A stretch of DNA of 64,000 bases from Mobula hypostoma (Eukaryota): positions 25,174,001 to 25,238,000 of the forward strand of contig NC_086097.1 in NCBI RefSeq assembly GCF_963921235.1, read 5' to 3'. Both the position numbers and the translations under genes were made by a program. Shown piece after piece: positions 26,900-40,008 of the stretch. A model generated the notes under the pieces. That model was not told the DNA's origin and ran no database searches. It saw only the letters and a program-made list of their open reading frames with translations. How positions within the stretch are numbered: position 1 is the stretch's first letter; the number at the start of each line of letters is the position of its first letter.

Positions 26900-27780
26900 T
26901 CAGTTGTATGGGCATCGGAAGGGGCATTTAGATAGTGGAATTGATGGCTTTGTGGCAAAGTTTGTGGGTGATATGAAGATAAGTGGAGGGGTAGGTAGTG
27001 CTGAGGAAGCAATGCGATTGCAGCAGGACTTAGACAAGTTGGAAGAATGAACAAAAAAGTGGCAGATGGAATACAGTATTGGAAAATGTATGATAAAGTA
27101 TTTTGGTAAAAGGAACAAATTCAAACATCAGAGGTACAAAGGGACTCGTGCAAGACTCCAAGAAGATTAAGTTACAGGTTGAGTCTGTGGTAAAGAAGGC
27201 AAATGCAATGTTTATTTCAAGGGGAATAGAATATAAAAACAAGGAGATAATGCTGAAGCTTTATAAGACACTAGTTTGGGCCCCTTATCTCAGAAAGGAT
27301 GTGTCCAGATGAGGTTCACGAGGATGATTTCAGGAATGAAAGGGTTAACATATGAGGAGCATGTAGCAGCTTTGGACCTCTACTCACTGGAATTTAGAAG
27401 AATGCATAGGGATCTCATTGAAAATTACCGAACATTGAAAGAACTAGATAAGATGGATGTGGAGAAGATGTTCCCTCTGCTGGGGTATCCAGAACTAGAG
27501 GGCACAGCTTCAAAATTGAAGGGTGACCTTTTTGAACAGAAGTAAGGAAGCCAGAGAGTGGTGAACCTGTGGAATGCTTTGCCTCAGACTGTGGTGCAGG
27601 TCAAGTGCATGAGTATATTTAAAGCAGAAGTTGATAGATTCCTGATTAGTTAGGGCTTCAAGGGATATGATGAAAGGGCAGGTGTATGGGGTTGAATGGG
27701 ATCCGGGATCAGCCATGATGAAATGGCAGAGCAGACTCGATGGGCTGAATGGCCTTATTCTGCTCCTATGTCTTATGGAA
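26900..27780 (+). mobile_element. CR1 3' fragment
   Basis: Collinear with about 9220-10170. Confidence 0.85.
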
Positions 27781-29237
27781 CTGCTCTACCCCAACTTCTC
27801 CAGTCTGAATGGCTCACTCCATCTGCAACACACCAGCCCCCTAACTCATCCCCAGAACTCGCCTCGTTATCACTTGCCCCCTTACTGTTTGTGGCGAGAA
27901 TTTAATAAAATTTACTTCAGAAAAGGTAGTTTTAGCGATGTTTTAGTTGAATTTCTTGCCATTTGAACTATCAATGAGCTGACACATGCATTTGGTAGCG
28001 CCATCTTAACCATAAGTATCTTTGCTGTAAACAGAATATACTGTAGATTGTATGATCCAAGCAGGGTTGCGTCAATCTAAGTTGCTGTAGGTGAAATTTT
28101 TGTACATTTGACTCAGTAACCTTGTTTGCGGCCTGGTGACTAACCCAAGGGGTCAGGACAAGCCTTTGCAACTTGCAAGGAGGGGATAGGCAGAATTGAT
28201 CCCCTGTACATAAGGGGAAAAGCTGCTCCAAAGATTGCTGGGTCAAATTACTATTTGAAATCTTCTAGAGGAAGAAAATATACATATAGATAATAATTAA
28301 AGTGTGGAGCAATACAAATGAGGATGATCATTCCCATCATAGGGGCAACAAAAACATGGTTTAGGTGAGAGGAAGGTGTTTTAAAAGGGATCTGAGCTGT
28401 AAGTTTTGTTTTACATACAGATATCTGGAACTCTCTGACAAAGGAGGTAGTGGAGTCAGGGACAATCACTGCTTCTAAGAGACATTTAGACAAGTACTTT
28501 AGCAGGATTGGTGGAGAAAAGGGATGAGTGAAGATCGCAAAAAGAGGGTGGCATGGACAGGATGAGTCAAAGGTCCCGTTTCTATCCTCTGCAACAAAAT
28601 GACTGTGAATCTATTATTTGAACATCATGATCCCTGATGTGATTATCTTCAAAGTCTGGGTTAGACAGATATACTGACATGCGAGTTGAAGTTACAGTTG
28701 CAAATATGTAATAGGATCATTGGGCTACGCAGATCACATTCATACAAGATAGTTTGTACAGTTTATTATATTATTCTTATTTGTAATATTTAGCCAATCT
28801 TAATAAACTTTTAAAGGGGTTTTCCATTGTGCAAATCAATGAGCTTCAACTAGTTTTAACCTACCCAGATGGGTTTAGGTCAAACTGAGAGAACAAATTT
28901 AAGAGGCATCTATTTACATGAAAAGGCCAGTCACAAAACATTTGAAAGAAAAAGGTTTGCTCTATTTGTCACACGTACATTAAAATATCGAAACATACAA
29001 TTAAATATGTCATTTTCATCAAATGATATCAGGGATCATGCCCACAAGCGTCACCATGCTTCCTGCACCAACATAGCAGGTCCACAACCTGCTGACCCTA
29101 ACCCTACATCTTCAGAATGTGGGAGGAAACCAGAGCACCCAGAGGAAATGGGAATAATGTACAAACTCCCTACAGAGTGGCAGGAATCATATCTCGATTG
29201 CAGGTGCGGTAAAGCATTTGCGATAGCCGCTACGTCG

Positions 29238-29252
29238 TGCACACACACACGT

Positions 29253-29295
<43 letters not shown>
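29238..29295. repeat. (CA)n microsatellite, read as (UG)n just downstream of the microexon donor
   Basis: Direct inspection. Confidence 0.95.
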
Positions 29296-29296
<1 letters not shown>

Positions 29297-29328
29297 CACA
29301 AAGACAAACACTCTGAGAAAGTACTCAC

Positions 29329-29352
29329 TGTTTCCAAATCTGCGATCCGATC
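29329..29352 (-). CDS. CEP128: CEP128-like 24-nt microexon (phase 0-0): DRIADLET
   Basis: Acceptor ttttcatttattttgtatag and donor ACA|gtgagt. Resembles recalled human DRVIALET. Continues the coiled-coil pattern of the previous exon. Confidence 0.82.
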
Positions 29353-32084
29353 CTATACAAAATAAATGAAAATATGAATCACCCAACCTGCTCTTAAATA
29401 TTTGACATCTATATATGAACTAAACCATTATAACTTAAAGCAAAATTAGACACACTAAAAGTACACAGTTATTATCAGCATCTTTAGATGGAAAGCACAA
29501 GTCTATGTTTTTGAAGTAAAGTGAGTAATCATGGTTTGTAGCATTCTACCTGAAAGAGTGATAGAAGCAGATTCAATAGTAACTTTCAAAAGGTAAACAG
29601 AGTATGTACAGGAGAAGTAAATCAGAAACACAAGCGATTCTGCAGATTCTGGGAATCCAGAGCAATACACACAAAATAAGACCAAAAGACCATAAGACAT
29701 AACAGCAGAATTAGGCCATTCAGCCCATCAAACCTGCTCCGCCTTTCCATCATGGCAGATCCCATATCCCACTCCACTCCATACACCTGCCTTCTCGCCA
29801 TAGCCTTTAATGTCCTGGCCAATCAGGAAACTATCAACTTATGCCTTAAATATACCCATGGACTTGGCCTCCACCACAGTCTGTGGCAGAGCATTTTACA
29901 GATTCACTATTCTCTGGCTAAAAAAATTTCTCCTTACATCTGTTCTAAAAGGTCGTCCCTCAATTTTGAAGCTATGCCTCAAAATGATGGAAGAACTCAG
30001 CAACTCATGCTGCATCTATGGAGAAGAATACACAGTTCACTTATGGGATGAAGGGTCTTGGCTCGAAATGTCAACTGTTTATTTCCTCCTCATAGATGTT
30101 GCCCGACCTGCTGAGTTCCTCCAGCATTTTGTGTATGTTACTATACGTGAGAAGCAATGCTTTGCAGAACCATGTAGAACCTTTGACAGACATGAACAAA
30201 ACTAAACATGACTGTGGAATAAATATTCAAAGCCATCAACACTCTTGACACTTGGCTTTTACCTTCAGCTGGCCTTCCTAATACCACTTCTGACTACCTT
30301 TATATGGCTTTTCTGATTCATCTAACAAAAAATAGTTCATATTCACGATTACAGTCTCTGGCTCGGCACATTCCTGGAGGTGGTTATGAAATGATCTCCC
30401 ACCAATAACTGCCCCATCCTGAGAAATAACATTTTGCTCCCAATTTCCATATTTTTGTAATTAACTAGAGATATGACAAAGAATCAGGTACTCTGCGAAC
30501 ACTGTGCACACTAGGATTTTTGCTGTTCCTCTTCCTATCACCCACTCATTCAGCACAACCTTTCCCACTCCCGTGCTTGTCTACCTTCTCCTGCATAGTT
30601 CAAGTATTTCATGCGCTCAGCAGTTCCACATTCTTATCACTCCAGGTGTTAAAAACATTAATTCTCTATGTTATCTTTGGGTGATACAGGCTGGCTTCTA
30701 GCTCATCCTTAGAAACAACCTATTTGTACTTAATGTGAACTTTTTAAAAAACCTCTTTTAGCTAACCCCCCAGTCTTTCCCTAGTAAGTATGATGTAAAT
30801 TTTCGGATATCCTCCTCTTCAGCGTTTTTCACATTTTTTTGAGGGGCCACTATATTAATTCATGGTATGGAGTTCAGAAGTGGGCATGGTATTTTAAAAG
30901 TGTGGCCTAACAAACATTCAGGGCAAGTATATAACATCTACTCTCCTTTCCAATTCTATCTTTGTAGAAATAAATTTAAAATACCTATATTGTCATGCTA
31001 TGACCATCAAAATTACTGATACTTCTAGTTTTCCTTCCATCTTATTCAGGCCCAGTGATTATGATACTAAACTGTTTCCCAGAATATTACAGCTTCTAGA
31101 CATACCAAAGCCGTCTGCTTTTTACAGATGCTCCTACATACTTCCAGGTTTTTCTGTTTAGATTTAGATTTCCAGCACTCATTGTATTTTTCCTTTACAT
31201 TTTATTGCCAATTTATAAAACTTTTCTATAAATAGAATCACTTTCACGTTCCAGCTTATCACAGTTATGTTTAATATAGGCAAGTGCTGAATTAGCATGA
31301 TATGCAGTTCCAAAACACAAAAGCAAATTTCAGGACAGACGCTGTAATAATCTATCACTACTTATTCTGAATTCTACTTTCTTCACTGCTTCAAAATTCT
31401 GGAGGAACTCAGCAGCCCAGGGTGCATCTATGGAGGGAAATGAATAGTCAATATTTCAGGCCGAGGCAGTACCATCCAAGGTCTTGAGACAAAACTGTGC
31501 ATTTCCCTCCATAGATGCTGCCTGACCTGCTTAGTTCCTCAACCATTTTGTGTGTGTTGTTTACAAAATCCAACTGAGATGACTTTTAATCCAATGGATG
31601 CAGAGTACTGGGTGACATTCCAGCAATGCCTGACACCAAAACAGGAAGCTATCAAAGGACAGCCAAGGAGTCACAGATTCTTACAGCATGAAAATAGACC
31701 CTTCAGCCCAACTCATCCTTGCCCACTCTATTTCCCAGAGAGCTAGTCCCATTTGCTGGCACTTGGCCCATTGCAGACATCTGGCCTCCAATCTCCAGTC
31801 CCTGGCCTGGACTCACAGGCTCAAACTAGGGCAAGTGTGGCCACACATTCCAATGCCACATAGCATGTCTATTATGTTCGGCAGAACATCACAGAACAAG
31901 AGACACTCTCGTCTCAGAAATTCAGACGTGTTATACATGTTTTTAAGTGCTTTGATACTGAACTTAAAATTGATCGCTAGTAGTAATCAACAGCTCATAT
32001 TGAAACTGTTGTATTTTGCAACTTCAGAAGATTAAACTAATTCAAAGGTGAACATAGGAATCCGGGAATAGGAGTCTAACTTTG

Positions 32085-32770
32085 TGCTTACTTTAAGCAA
32101 GGTGCACATGTATCATGTGGTAGCATGATAACATAGGCAATTCGCATATTTTTACATATAACCCATAATTACTTATTTAAATGAACAAAGCAATATACAC
32201 ACACATACACACAAGATTATTCAAATATTACTTATATATTAAATACACAACATTCCTCCCTGCTTTGCTATAAACTCCAACTTAATACTGAATGTATCTC
32301 AGCTATACACACAGTATACCATATACTACACCTACTGTACAGACATCCACAGTATTGTAAACTTAAAATTGTCCCATTCAGGCCTAAAGATTTAATCACT
32401 GTGGAGGATTTCTTACTCTTGTGGGATTGCATCTTTCCTGACAAGGGGGATCACTCTGCTTGGCAAGTAAGTCTTGTGGCTATGAAACATTCTCAGGTTC
32501 TGGGACCTCCCCTGTGGTGATTAACCAATTTCCCCTGGGATCAATAAAGTATGACTATGACTATGAGATTGTAGGAACTGACTCAGAGACTGCAATAAGT
32601 GGTTCTGACAGCGGTAGCCACTTTTCTTCTCCAACAATTGACACTGCTCTCCTCTACTGATCGACGTGATGTCTCCAGATGACATCAGATGCAATCTCTA
32701 CTGTGTCGGAGAGTGGTCCAGTTCTGTCCTTAATCTTTCTGAGTACCCACTTTTGATTACTTCTATAGTT
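32085..32770 (-). mobile_element. Gypsy LTR retrotransposon 3' end (integrase C-terminus, PPT, start of 3' LTR)
   Basis: Minus strand reads NYRSNQKWVL..KDRTGPLSDTVEI..WRHHVDQ and PTRVRNPPQ*LNL. PPT gcagggaggaa (32263-32253) is followed immediately by TGTTGTG at 32252. Confidence 0.75.
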
Positions 32771-33160
32771 GATGAACAAACTCTTCTCGGGCTTTCAGTC
32801 AGGTACAGGTATCGATTTTAACTGAAGTTTCGATGACAAACTTTGCCATTGTCATCAGTGAAGATTCCTGGGCATGTCTAATCAAGTGGAATTAATATCC
32901 CCGTCGTCCGTCCCTCCTGATTGGCTAGTCCCCATTAAACCAGGTCTCCGCTGTCCCACCTTGTTTACAATCAAATTCTAGTTTTTATTTACAGCAAGGC
33001 CTTTGGCTTTGTTAAAATCCTTTTCCTCTAGCTTTACTTCAATGGCTTCCTTCACGAGGCTGTCCCAAAAACCAATGGCACTGCACAGTAGTTTTGTGGC
33101 ATCAAGTCAATCCTATGGCCATTGCGAATGCAATGTTCTGCTACCACCAATTTCTTGAAG
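32771..33160 (-). mobile_element. Second Penelope family (Poseidon-like) 3' fragment with its own hammerhead motif
   Basis: VAEHCIRNGHRID..TKLLC..FWDSLVKEAIEVKLEEKDFNK. Motif CTGATGA-caatggcaaagtttgtcatc-GAAA at 32858-32828. Confidence 0.75.
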
Positions 33161-35090
33161 TTAAAAGATTGGCAAGCTTTTACAAACCAACAGAAGACAA
33201 CTAATAAGTCATAAGAAGGTAAAGATAGAATATGAAAGTAAGCTAGCCAGTAATATTAAAGAGGATACCAAAAGTTTCTTCAGATGCATAAAGTGTATAA
33301 GAGAGGCGAGAGTGGATATTGGACCGCTGGAAACTGATGCTGGAGAGGTAGTAATGGGAGACAAGGAAATGGCAGATGAACTGAATAAGTATTTTGCATC
33401 AGTCTTCACAGTGGAAGACACTGGCAGTATGCTGGAAGTTCCAGGTCTTAGGAGTCATGAAGTGTGTGAAGTTGCCATTACTAGGGAGAAATTTCTTGGA
33501 AAACTGAAAAGTCTGAAGGGATATAAGCCACTTGGATTAGATGGTGTACACCCCAGGGTTCTGAGAGAAGTAGCTGAAGAAATTGTGGAGGCATTAGTAA
33601 TGATCTTTCAAGAATCATTAGATTCTGGAATGGTTCCAGAAGTCTGGAAAATTGCAAATGTCATTCTACTCTTCAAGAAAGGAGAACGGCAGCAGAAAGG
33701 AAATTATATGCCTGTCAGTCTGACCTCAGTGGTTGGGAAGATGTTGGAGTAAATTATTAAGAATGAGGTCTCAGGGTACTTGGAGGCACAGGATAAAATG
33801 GGACGTAGTCAGTATTGTTTCCTCATGGGAAAATCCTGCCTAACAAATCAGTTGGAATTCTTTGAAGAAATAACAAACAGGATAGACAAAGTAGAATAGG
33901 TTGATGTTGTGTACTTAGATTTTCCAGAAGGCCTTTGACAAGGTGCCACATGAGTTTGCTTAAGAAACTACGAGTCCATGGTATTACAGGAAAGATCCTA
34001 ACATGGACAAAGCAGTGGCTGATTGGCAGGAGGCAAAGACTGGGGACTGGGAATAAAGGGAGCCTTTTCTGGTTAGCTGCCAGTGACTAGTGGTGTTCCA
34101 CAAAGGACTGCTTTGGGACCTATTCTCTTTACATTATATGTCAATGATTTAGATGATGGAACTGATGGCAAGGTTTGTAGATGATACAAAGGTAGGTGGA
34201 GGGGTAGGAAGTTTTGAGGAAGTAGAGAGGCTACAAAGTACTTGGACAGATTAGGAGAATGGGCAAGGAAGTAGCAGATGGAATACGGTGTTGGGAAGGA
34301 TATAGTCATGCACTTTAGTAGAAGAAATGAAAGGGTTGACTTGGAGAGAAAATACAAAAATCTGAGGCACAAAGGGATTTGGGAGTCCTTGTGCAGGATT
34401 CCCTAAAGGTTAATTTGCAGGTTGAGTCTATGGCGAGGAAGGTAAATGTGATGTTAATATTCATTTCAAGAGGACTACAATATAAAAGCAAGGATGTAAT
34501 GTTCAGACTTTATAAAGCACTGGTGAGGCCTCACTTGGAGTATTGTGAGCAGCTCTGTGCCCTTACACATCTTAGAAAGGATGTGCTGAAAATGGAGAGA
34601 GTTCAAAGGAGGTTCACAAAAATGATTCCAGGATTAAATGACCATTTAATGGCTCTGGACCTGTATTCACTAGAATTCAGAAGAATGAGGGGTTAAAACC
34701 TACATTGAAACCTATTGAATGGTGAAAGCCTTTGCAAGAGTGGATGTGGAAAGGATGTTTCCTATGGTGAGAGTGTCTAAGACCAGAGGACACAGCCTCA
34801 GAATAGACGGATGTCCTTTTAGAACAGAGATGAGGAGGAATTTCTTTAGCCAAAGAGTAATGAATCTGTGGAATTTGTTGCCACAGGCAACTGTGGAGAC
34901 CAAGTCTTTATATATATTTAAGAGAGAGGTTGATAGGTTCTTGATTAGTCAGGGCATGAAGGGATACGGACAAAAGGCAGGAGATCAGGGCTGAGAAAAA
35001 AAACGCATCAGCTATGATGAAATGGCGGAGCAGATTTAATGGGCCAAATAGCCTAATTCTACTCCTATAGCTTATGATCTTATAGTCTTA
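33160..35090 (+). mobile_element. CR1 LINE, degenerate ORF2 and 3' UTR
   Basis: ORFs 33312-33752 (DGVHPRVLREVAEEI..WKIANV..YMPVSLTSVVGKMLE), 34379-34696 and 34719-34994. Confidence 0.92.
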
Positions 35091-35569
35091 AGACCATGCT
35101 TTATGTTATTAATACATTTATGCTGTGGGTATTTTATTTTCTTCAGACTTTCTCAAACTATGCTAAGTATTCTTTTAATTTCATTATACAAACGAATATT
35201 TCATTTCTGCTGTTTAAAGTAAAAATTCAGTGATTGATAAGTTAAGCTTGTTAAATCAGCCAATAGGATTTGTCTTGGGAACAATCCAGAGAGAGCGTGG
35301 GAAAATGACAAGGAGACATTTTATTCCTTTTCAAGGGAGAGCGTGGGATCGAAGAAGGAGAATGGAAATAGTCAACGAACATTAGATATGAACACGGTGA
35401 AACGTTCACAGAACTATTTGGAAGGACAGATAACTTTTAGTTAGCACATGACACTAAAGAAAGTTTGACCTTTTTCCTTGGGATATTGCGTGAAAATTTG
35501 TTTCTTGGGACAGGTTCTTCAGTGCAAAACCATTTCATGTTGTGACTAAACGAAGTGAAGTAAATTGGA

Positions 35570-35767
35570 AACAACAGGAATTCTGCAGATGCTGGAAATT
35601 CAAGCAACATACATCAAAGTTGCTGGTGAACGCAGCAGGCCAAGCAGCATCTATAGGAAGAGGCGCAGTCGACGTTTCCTGACGAAGGGTCTCGGCCTGA
35701 AACGTCGACTGCGCCTCTTCCTATAGATACTGCTTGGCCTGCTGCGTTCACCAGCAACTTTGATGTA
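35570..35767. mobile_element. Palindromic non-coding Penelope-terminus insertion
   Basis: 71-bp inverted arms (35608-35678 and 35699-35769) with one mismatch. 14-bp TSD tgaagtaaa(t/c)tgga at 35556-35569 and 35768-35781. Confidence 0.88.
35679..35710 (+). ncRNA. Minimal type I hammerhead ribozyme core (Penelope-type)
   Basis: CUGACGA-AGGGUCUCGGCCU-GAAACGUC-GACU: conserved core, stem II hairpin, loopless palindromic ACGU stem III and GUC cleavage triplet. The 5' strand of stem I is replaced by the inversion junction. Confidence 0.75.
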
Positions 35768-35849
35768 TGAAGTAAACTGGATTGATTAAGCAACAATGAG
35801 CTACAACGATTATCTCCTTTATCATTACACTGGAAAGGGATAGGAACAG

Positions 35850-36350
35850 ACAAGTTAGGAAAGCGTTTAATTGGAGTCAGGGGAAATATGAAGCTATCAG
35901 GCTGGAACTTGGAAGCATAAATTGGGAACAGATGTTCTCAGAGAAATATATGGCAGGAATGTGGCAAATGTTCAGGGGATACTTGCGTGGTGTTCTGCTT
36001 GGGTACGTTCCAATAAGACGGAAAGGATAGTAGGGTACAGGAACCGTGGTGTACAAAAGCTGTTGAAAATCTAGTCAAGAAGAAAAGAAAAGCTTATGAA
36101 GATTCAAAAGACTAGGTAATGATAGAGATCTAGAAAATTATAATACTAGCAGGAAGGTGCTTAAGAATGAAATTAGGAGAGCCAGAAGGGGCCATGAGAA
36201 AGCTTTGGTGAGTAGGATTAAAGAAAACCCCAAGGTGTTCTACAAGTATGCGAAGAGCAAGAGGATAAGGCATGAGAGAACAGGACAATCAAGTGTGACA
36301 TTGGAAAAGTGTGTATGGAAGCAGAGGAGATAGCAGTGGTACCTAATGAA
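35850..36350 (+). mobile_element. CR1-like ORF2 internal fragment
   Basis: Remnant LKNEIRRARRGHEKALVSRIKENPKVFYKY. Confidence 0.75.
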
Positions 36351-36619
36351 TACAATTTTGTTCTAAGTTTATACTGGTGTGAACTAGCGAACAGTAAATT
36401 TGCGTTTGGTTCAGTGTTCATACAGTAACTGGCTGTGTTTTCCCTTGGTAGGAACATTCAAACTTTTATGTTTCTATATACCCAAAATCATATTTACCCT
36501 GGACTTATTTAATGGAAATGACCTCTTTCATCATCATTCCCATGCTTTGTCGAGTTACGTTGCTGTTAGTTTGAATTCACAGCAATAGCTAACTCATTAT
36601 GAGCCTATGGTGAGAGAGT

Positions 36620-36890
36620 TAGATTTATTTATTGAGATACAGCACTGAATAGGCCCTTCGAGCCCGTCGAGCCACGCCGTCCAGCAACCCACCAATTTAA
36701 CACTAGCCTAATTGCAGAACAATTTACAACAACCAATTAACCTACAAACCTGTATATCCCTGGATTGTGGGAGGAAGCTGAAGCACCCAGAGGAAACCCA
36801 TGCGGTCACAGAGAGAACGTACAAGTTCCTTAAAAGCAATGTCGGGAATAGAACTCGGGTCACCTGAACTGTAAACCGATAGGACTTAAC
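36620..36890 (-). mobile_element. HE1/V-SINE-like SINE with CR1-type tail
   Basis: V-core gggtttcctctgggtgcttcagcttcctcccacaatcca. Tail gggctcgaagggcctattcagtgctgtatctc. Similar copy at 51010-51260. Confidence 0.75.
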
Positions 36891-38390
36891 TCCATTTAGC
36901 ATGACGACATAGATGACAAATTATTTTGCAATTAAGTTACTGATGCTGATTAATCTGAAATGTTTGGCTCAAATTGCTGCTGGGTTAGGATTTTGTGCAT
37001 TGATACATATTCACTATAGATGTGCATGCTTAAATATGGGTTAGCTGGGGAAACTACAGCTGGACACTCAAACTCACCTTCATCTTCATTTAATTTAATA
37101 TAATGTCCTGGTGACAGTGATAAATTTAATAGGCTCATTGTCCCAGTGGATTGGTTAGGAGCAAAAGTGAAATTTCCATCTGCTAACCTGGTTTTCCTTC
37201 TCCACTCCTTTCAGAAATGGTGATTGATGGGCCCAGATTGAGCCTCAGCCAAGTTACTAATTTTCAGTAACAAGTATAGTTAGAAGCATCAGTGGCCTTC
37301 GTAATCACAGGGGTAGTGGGAAGGGTAGGTGCAGAGAGTGAGGATGGATGCTGAGGTTTCGTTTCTTCCTGTCCCCACAATCCATAGTTGTTGAGAATCA
37401 GAATCAGAATTAGGTTTAGTATCACTGGCAGCAAAAGATGTACAGTTCGAGTGATCTCTATACCAGCAAAAGACCAAGGTGCAGGAGGTATCTAATAAAG
37501 TGGCCACTGAGTGTATACCTGGATATAGTGCAAAAAGAGAGCCAAAATTAGTGATGTAGTGTTCATGGGTTGGTTGATTGTCTGTTGAGTGTGTGTCTTC
37601 AGGCTCCTGTACTTCCTCCCTGATGGTAGCAATGAGAAGAGGCATGTCATGAGTGAAGAGAGTTCTGAATAATGAGGCAACACTTTTTGAAGATGTCCTC
37701 GATGCTGGGGAGGCTAGTGCCCAGATGGAGCTGGCTGAGTTTACAATCCTCTGAAGATTTTTCCCACTTTAACCTACATAAAAAACTCCTAGTCTTTAGC
37801 TCATTCCCCTGCCTGCATACAAAAAAAAAGACAGGCTACATCCAGTTTGCCTTGTATTGTCCTGTCATGGTAGGGAAAGTGTTGTCTAATTAGAACAAGC
37901 AAGCTCAACCAATTAGACACCTTTACCTTACTGTTATGAGATTATTGAATGGTTCTCTGGCACAAGGTGGACTCCTGACTTCACAATCCACCTCATTGTA
38001 ACTTTATACCTATTGTCTGCCTGCACTGCACTTTCTCTGTAGCTGTTACACTTTATTTTGCACTCTTTTATTGTTTTTTTGATGTGTATGAAAAGTATGC
38101 TAGATGGGTTTTTCACTGTACCTCATTACATGTGACAATAATCAAGCAATTCCAATTCCAACTTGAAGAGAGGAAGTCTCCAAAACAAAATGTTTGGCAA
38201 ACTTAGGGACAATGTCCTACTGAGTATTGTACACTTTACACATATCAACTTTTAATTCACTCATACTGAAGGGTCACAGACACAAGTGCTAACTGCTTCT
38301 CTTCCCAAAGATGCTGCCTGATCTGTTGAGGTTTTCAGCATTTCCTGTTTTTTAGTTTTCAGTGAAGATTGTGTTGGGCATCCTGCAAGT

Positions 38391-40008
38391 CCCCCACCCT
38401 GCTCTCATGACTATACCCCTCCCCCACACAAAACCACCACAGTGGGCTTCACGGCTGAACAGGTGAGAAGACCGCTGACACGTCTCAACCCAAGCAAAGC
38501 TGCAGGACCGGATGGTGTCAGTACCAGGGTGCTCAAAGCCTGTGCCCCTCAGCTATGTGGAGTACTTCTCCATGTATTCAACCTGAGCCTGAGGCTCCAG
38601 AGGGTTCCTGTACTGTGGAAAACGTCCTGCCTCGTCCCTGTGCCGAAGACGCCGCACCCCAGCGGCCTCAATGACTACAGACCGGTGGCATTGACCTCCC
38701 ACATCATGAAGACCCTGGAGAGACTTGTTCGGGAGCTGCTCCAGCCTATGGTCAGGCCACACTTATATCCCCTCCAGTTCGCCTACCAGCCCCGACTAGG
38801 AGTTGAGAATGCCATCGTCTACCTGCTGAACCGTATCTACGCCCACCTGGACAAGCCAGCGAGCATTGTGAGGGTCATGTTTTTTGACTTCTCCAGTGCG
38901 TTCAACACCATCCGCCCTGCTCTGCTGGAGGAGAAGCTGACAGCGATGCAGGTGGATGTTTCCCTGGTGTCATGGATTCTTGATTACCTGACTGGCAGAC
39001 CACAGTACGTGTGCTTGCAACACTGTGTGTCTGACAGAGTGATCAGCAGCACCGGGGCTCCACAGGAAACTGTCTTGTCTCCCTTTCTCTTCACCATTTA
39101 CACCTCGGACTTCAACTACTGCATAGAGTCTTGTCATCTTCAGAAGTTTTCGGATGACTCTGCCATAGTTGGATACATCAGCAAGGGAGATGAGGTTGAG
39201 TACAGAGCTACTGTAGGAAACTTTGTCACATGGTGTGAGCAGAATTGTCTGCAGCTTAATGTGAAAAAGACTAAGCAGCTGGTGGTAGACCTGAGGAGAG
39301 CTAAGGTACTGGTGACACCTGTTTCCATCCAGGGGGTCAGTGTGGACATGGTGGACAATTACAAATACCTGGGGATACAAATTGACAATAAACTGGACTG
39401 GTCAAGGAACACTGAGGCTGTCTACAAGAAGGGTCAGAGCTGTCTCTACTTCCTGAGAAGACTGAGGTCCTTTAACGTCTGCTGGACGATGCTGAGGATG
39501 TTCTATGAGTCTGTAGTGGCCAGTGCTATCATGTTTGCTGTTGTGTGCTGGGGCAGCAGCTGAGGGTGGCAGACACCAACAGAATCAATAAACTCATTAG
39601 TAAGGCCAGTGATGTTGTGGGAATGGAACTGGACTCTCTGACGGTGGTGTCTGAAAAGAGGATGCTGTCTAAGTTGCATGCCATCTTGGTCAATGTCTCC
39701 CATCCACTACATAATGTACTGGGTGGGCACAGGAGTACATTTAGCCAGAGACTCATTCCACCGAGATGCAGCACAGAGCATCATAGGAAGTCATTCCTGC
39801 CTGTGGCCATCAAACTTTACAACTCCTCCCTTGGAGGGTCAGACACCCTGTGCCGATAGGCTGGTCCTGGACTTATTTCATAATTTACTGGCATAATTTA
39901 CATATTACTGTTTAACTGTTTATGGTTCTATTACTATTTATTATTTATGGTGCAACTGTAATGCAAACCAATTTCCCCCGAGGGTCAATAAAGTATGACT
40001 ATGACTAT
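38391..40008 (+). mobile_element. Young 5'-truncated Rex1/Babar LINE with near-intact RT (ORF 38442-39563, frameshift to 39545-39859)
   Basis: KAAGPDGV, NDYRPVALTS, PLQFAYQP, MFFDFSSAFNTI, GAPQETVLSPFLF, KFSDDSAIVG, YKYLG. Tail tcaataaagtatgactatgactat. aagt duplicated at 38387-38390 and 40009-40012. Confidence 0.95.

Noticed and set aside
35250..35560. CCAAT box and duplicated gagagcgtggga as a promoter or solo LTR
   Set aside because: No TG..CA ends, TSD, PBS or downstream exon could be identified.
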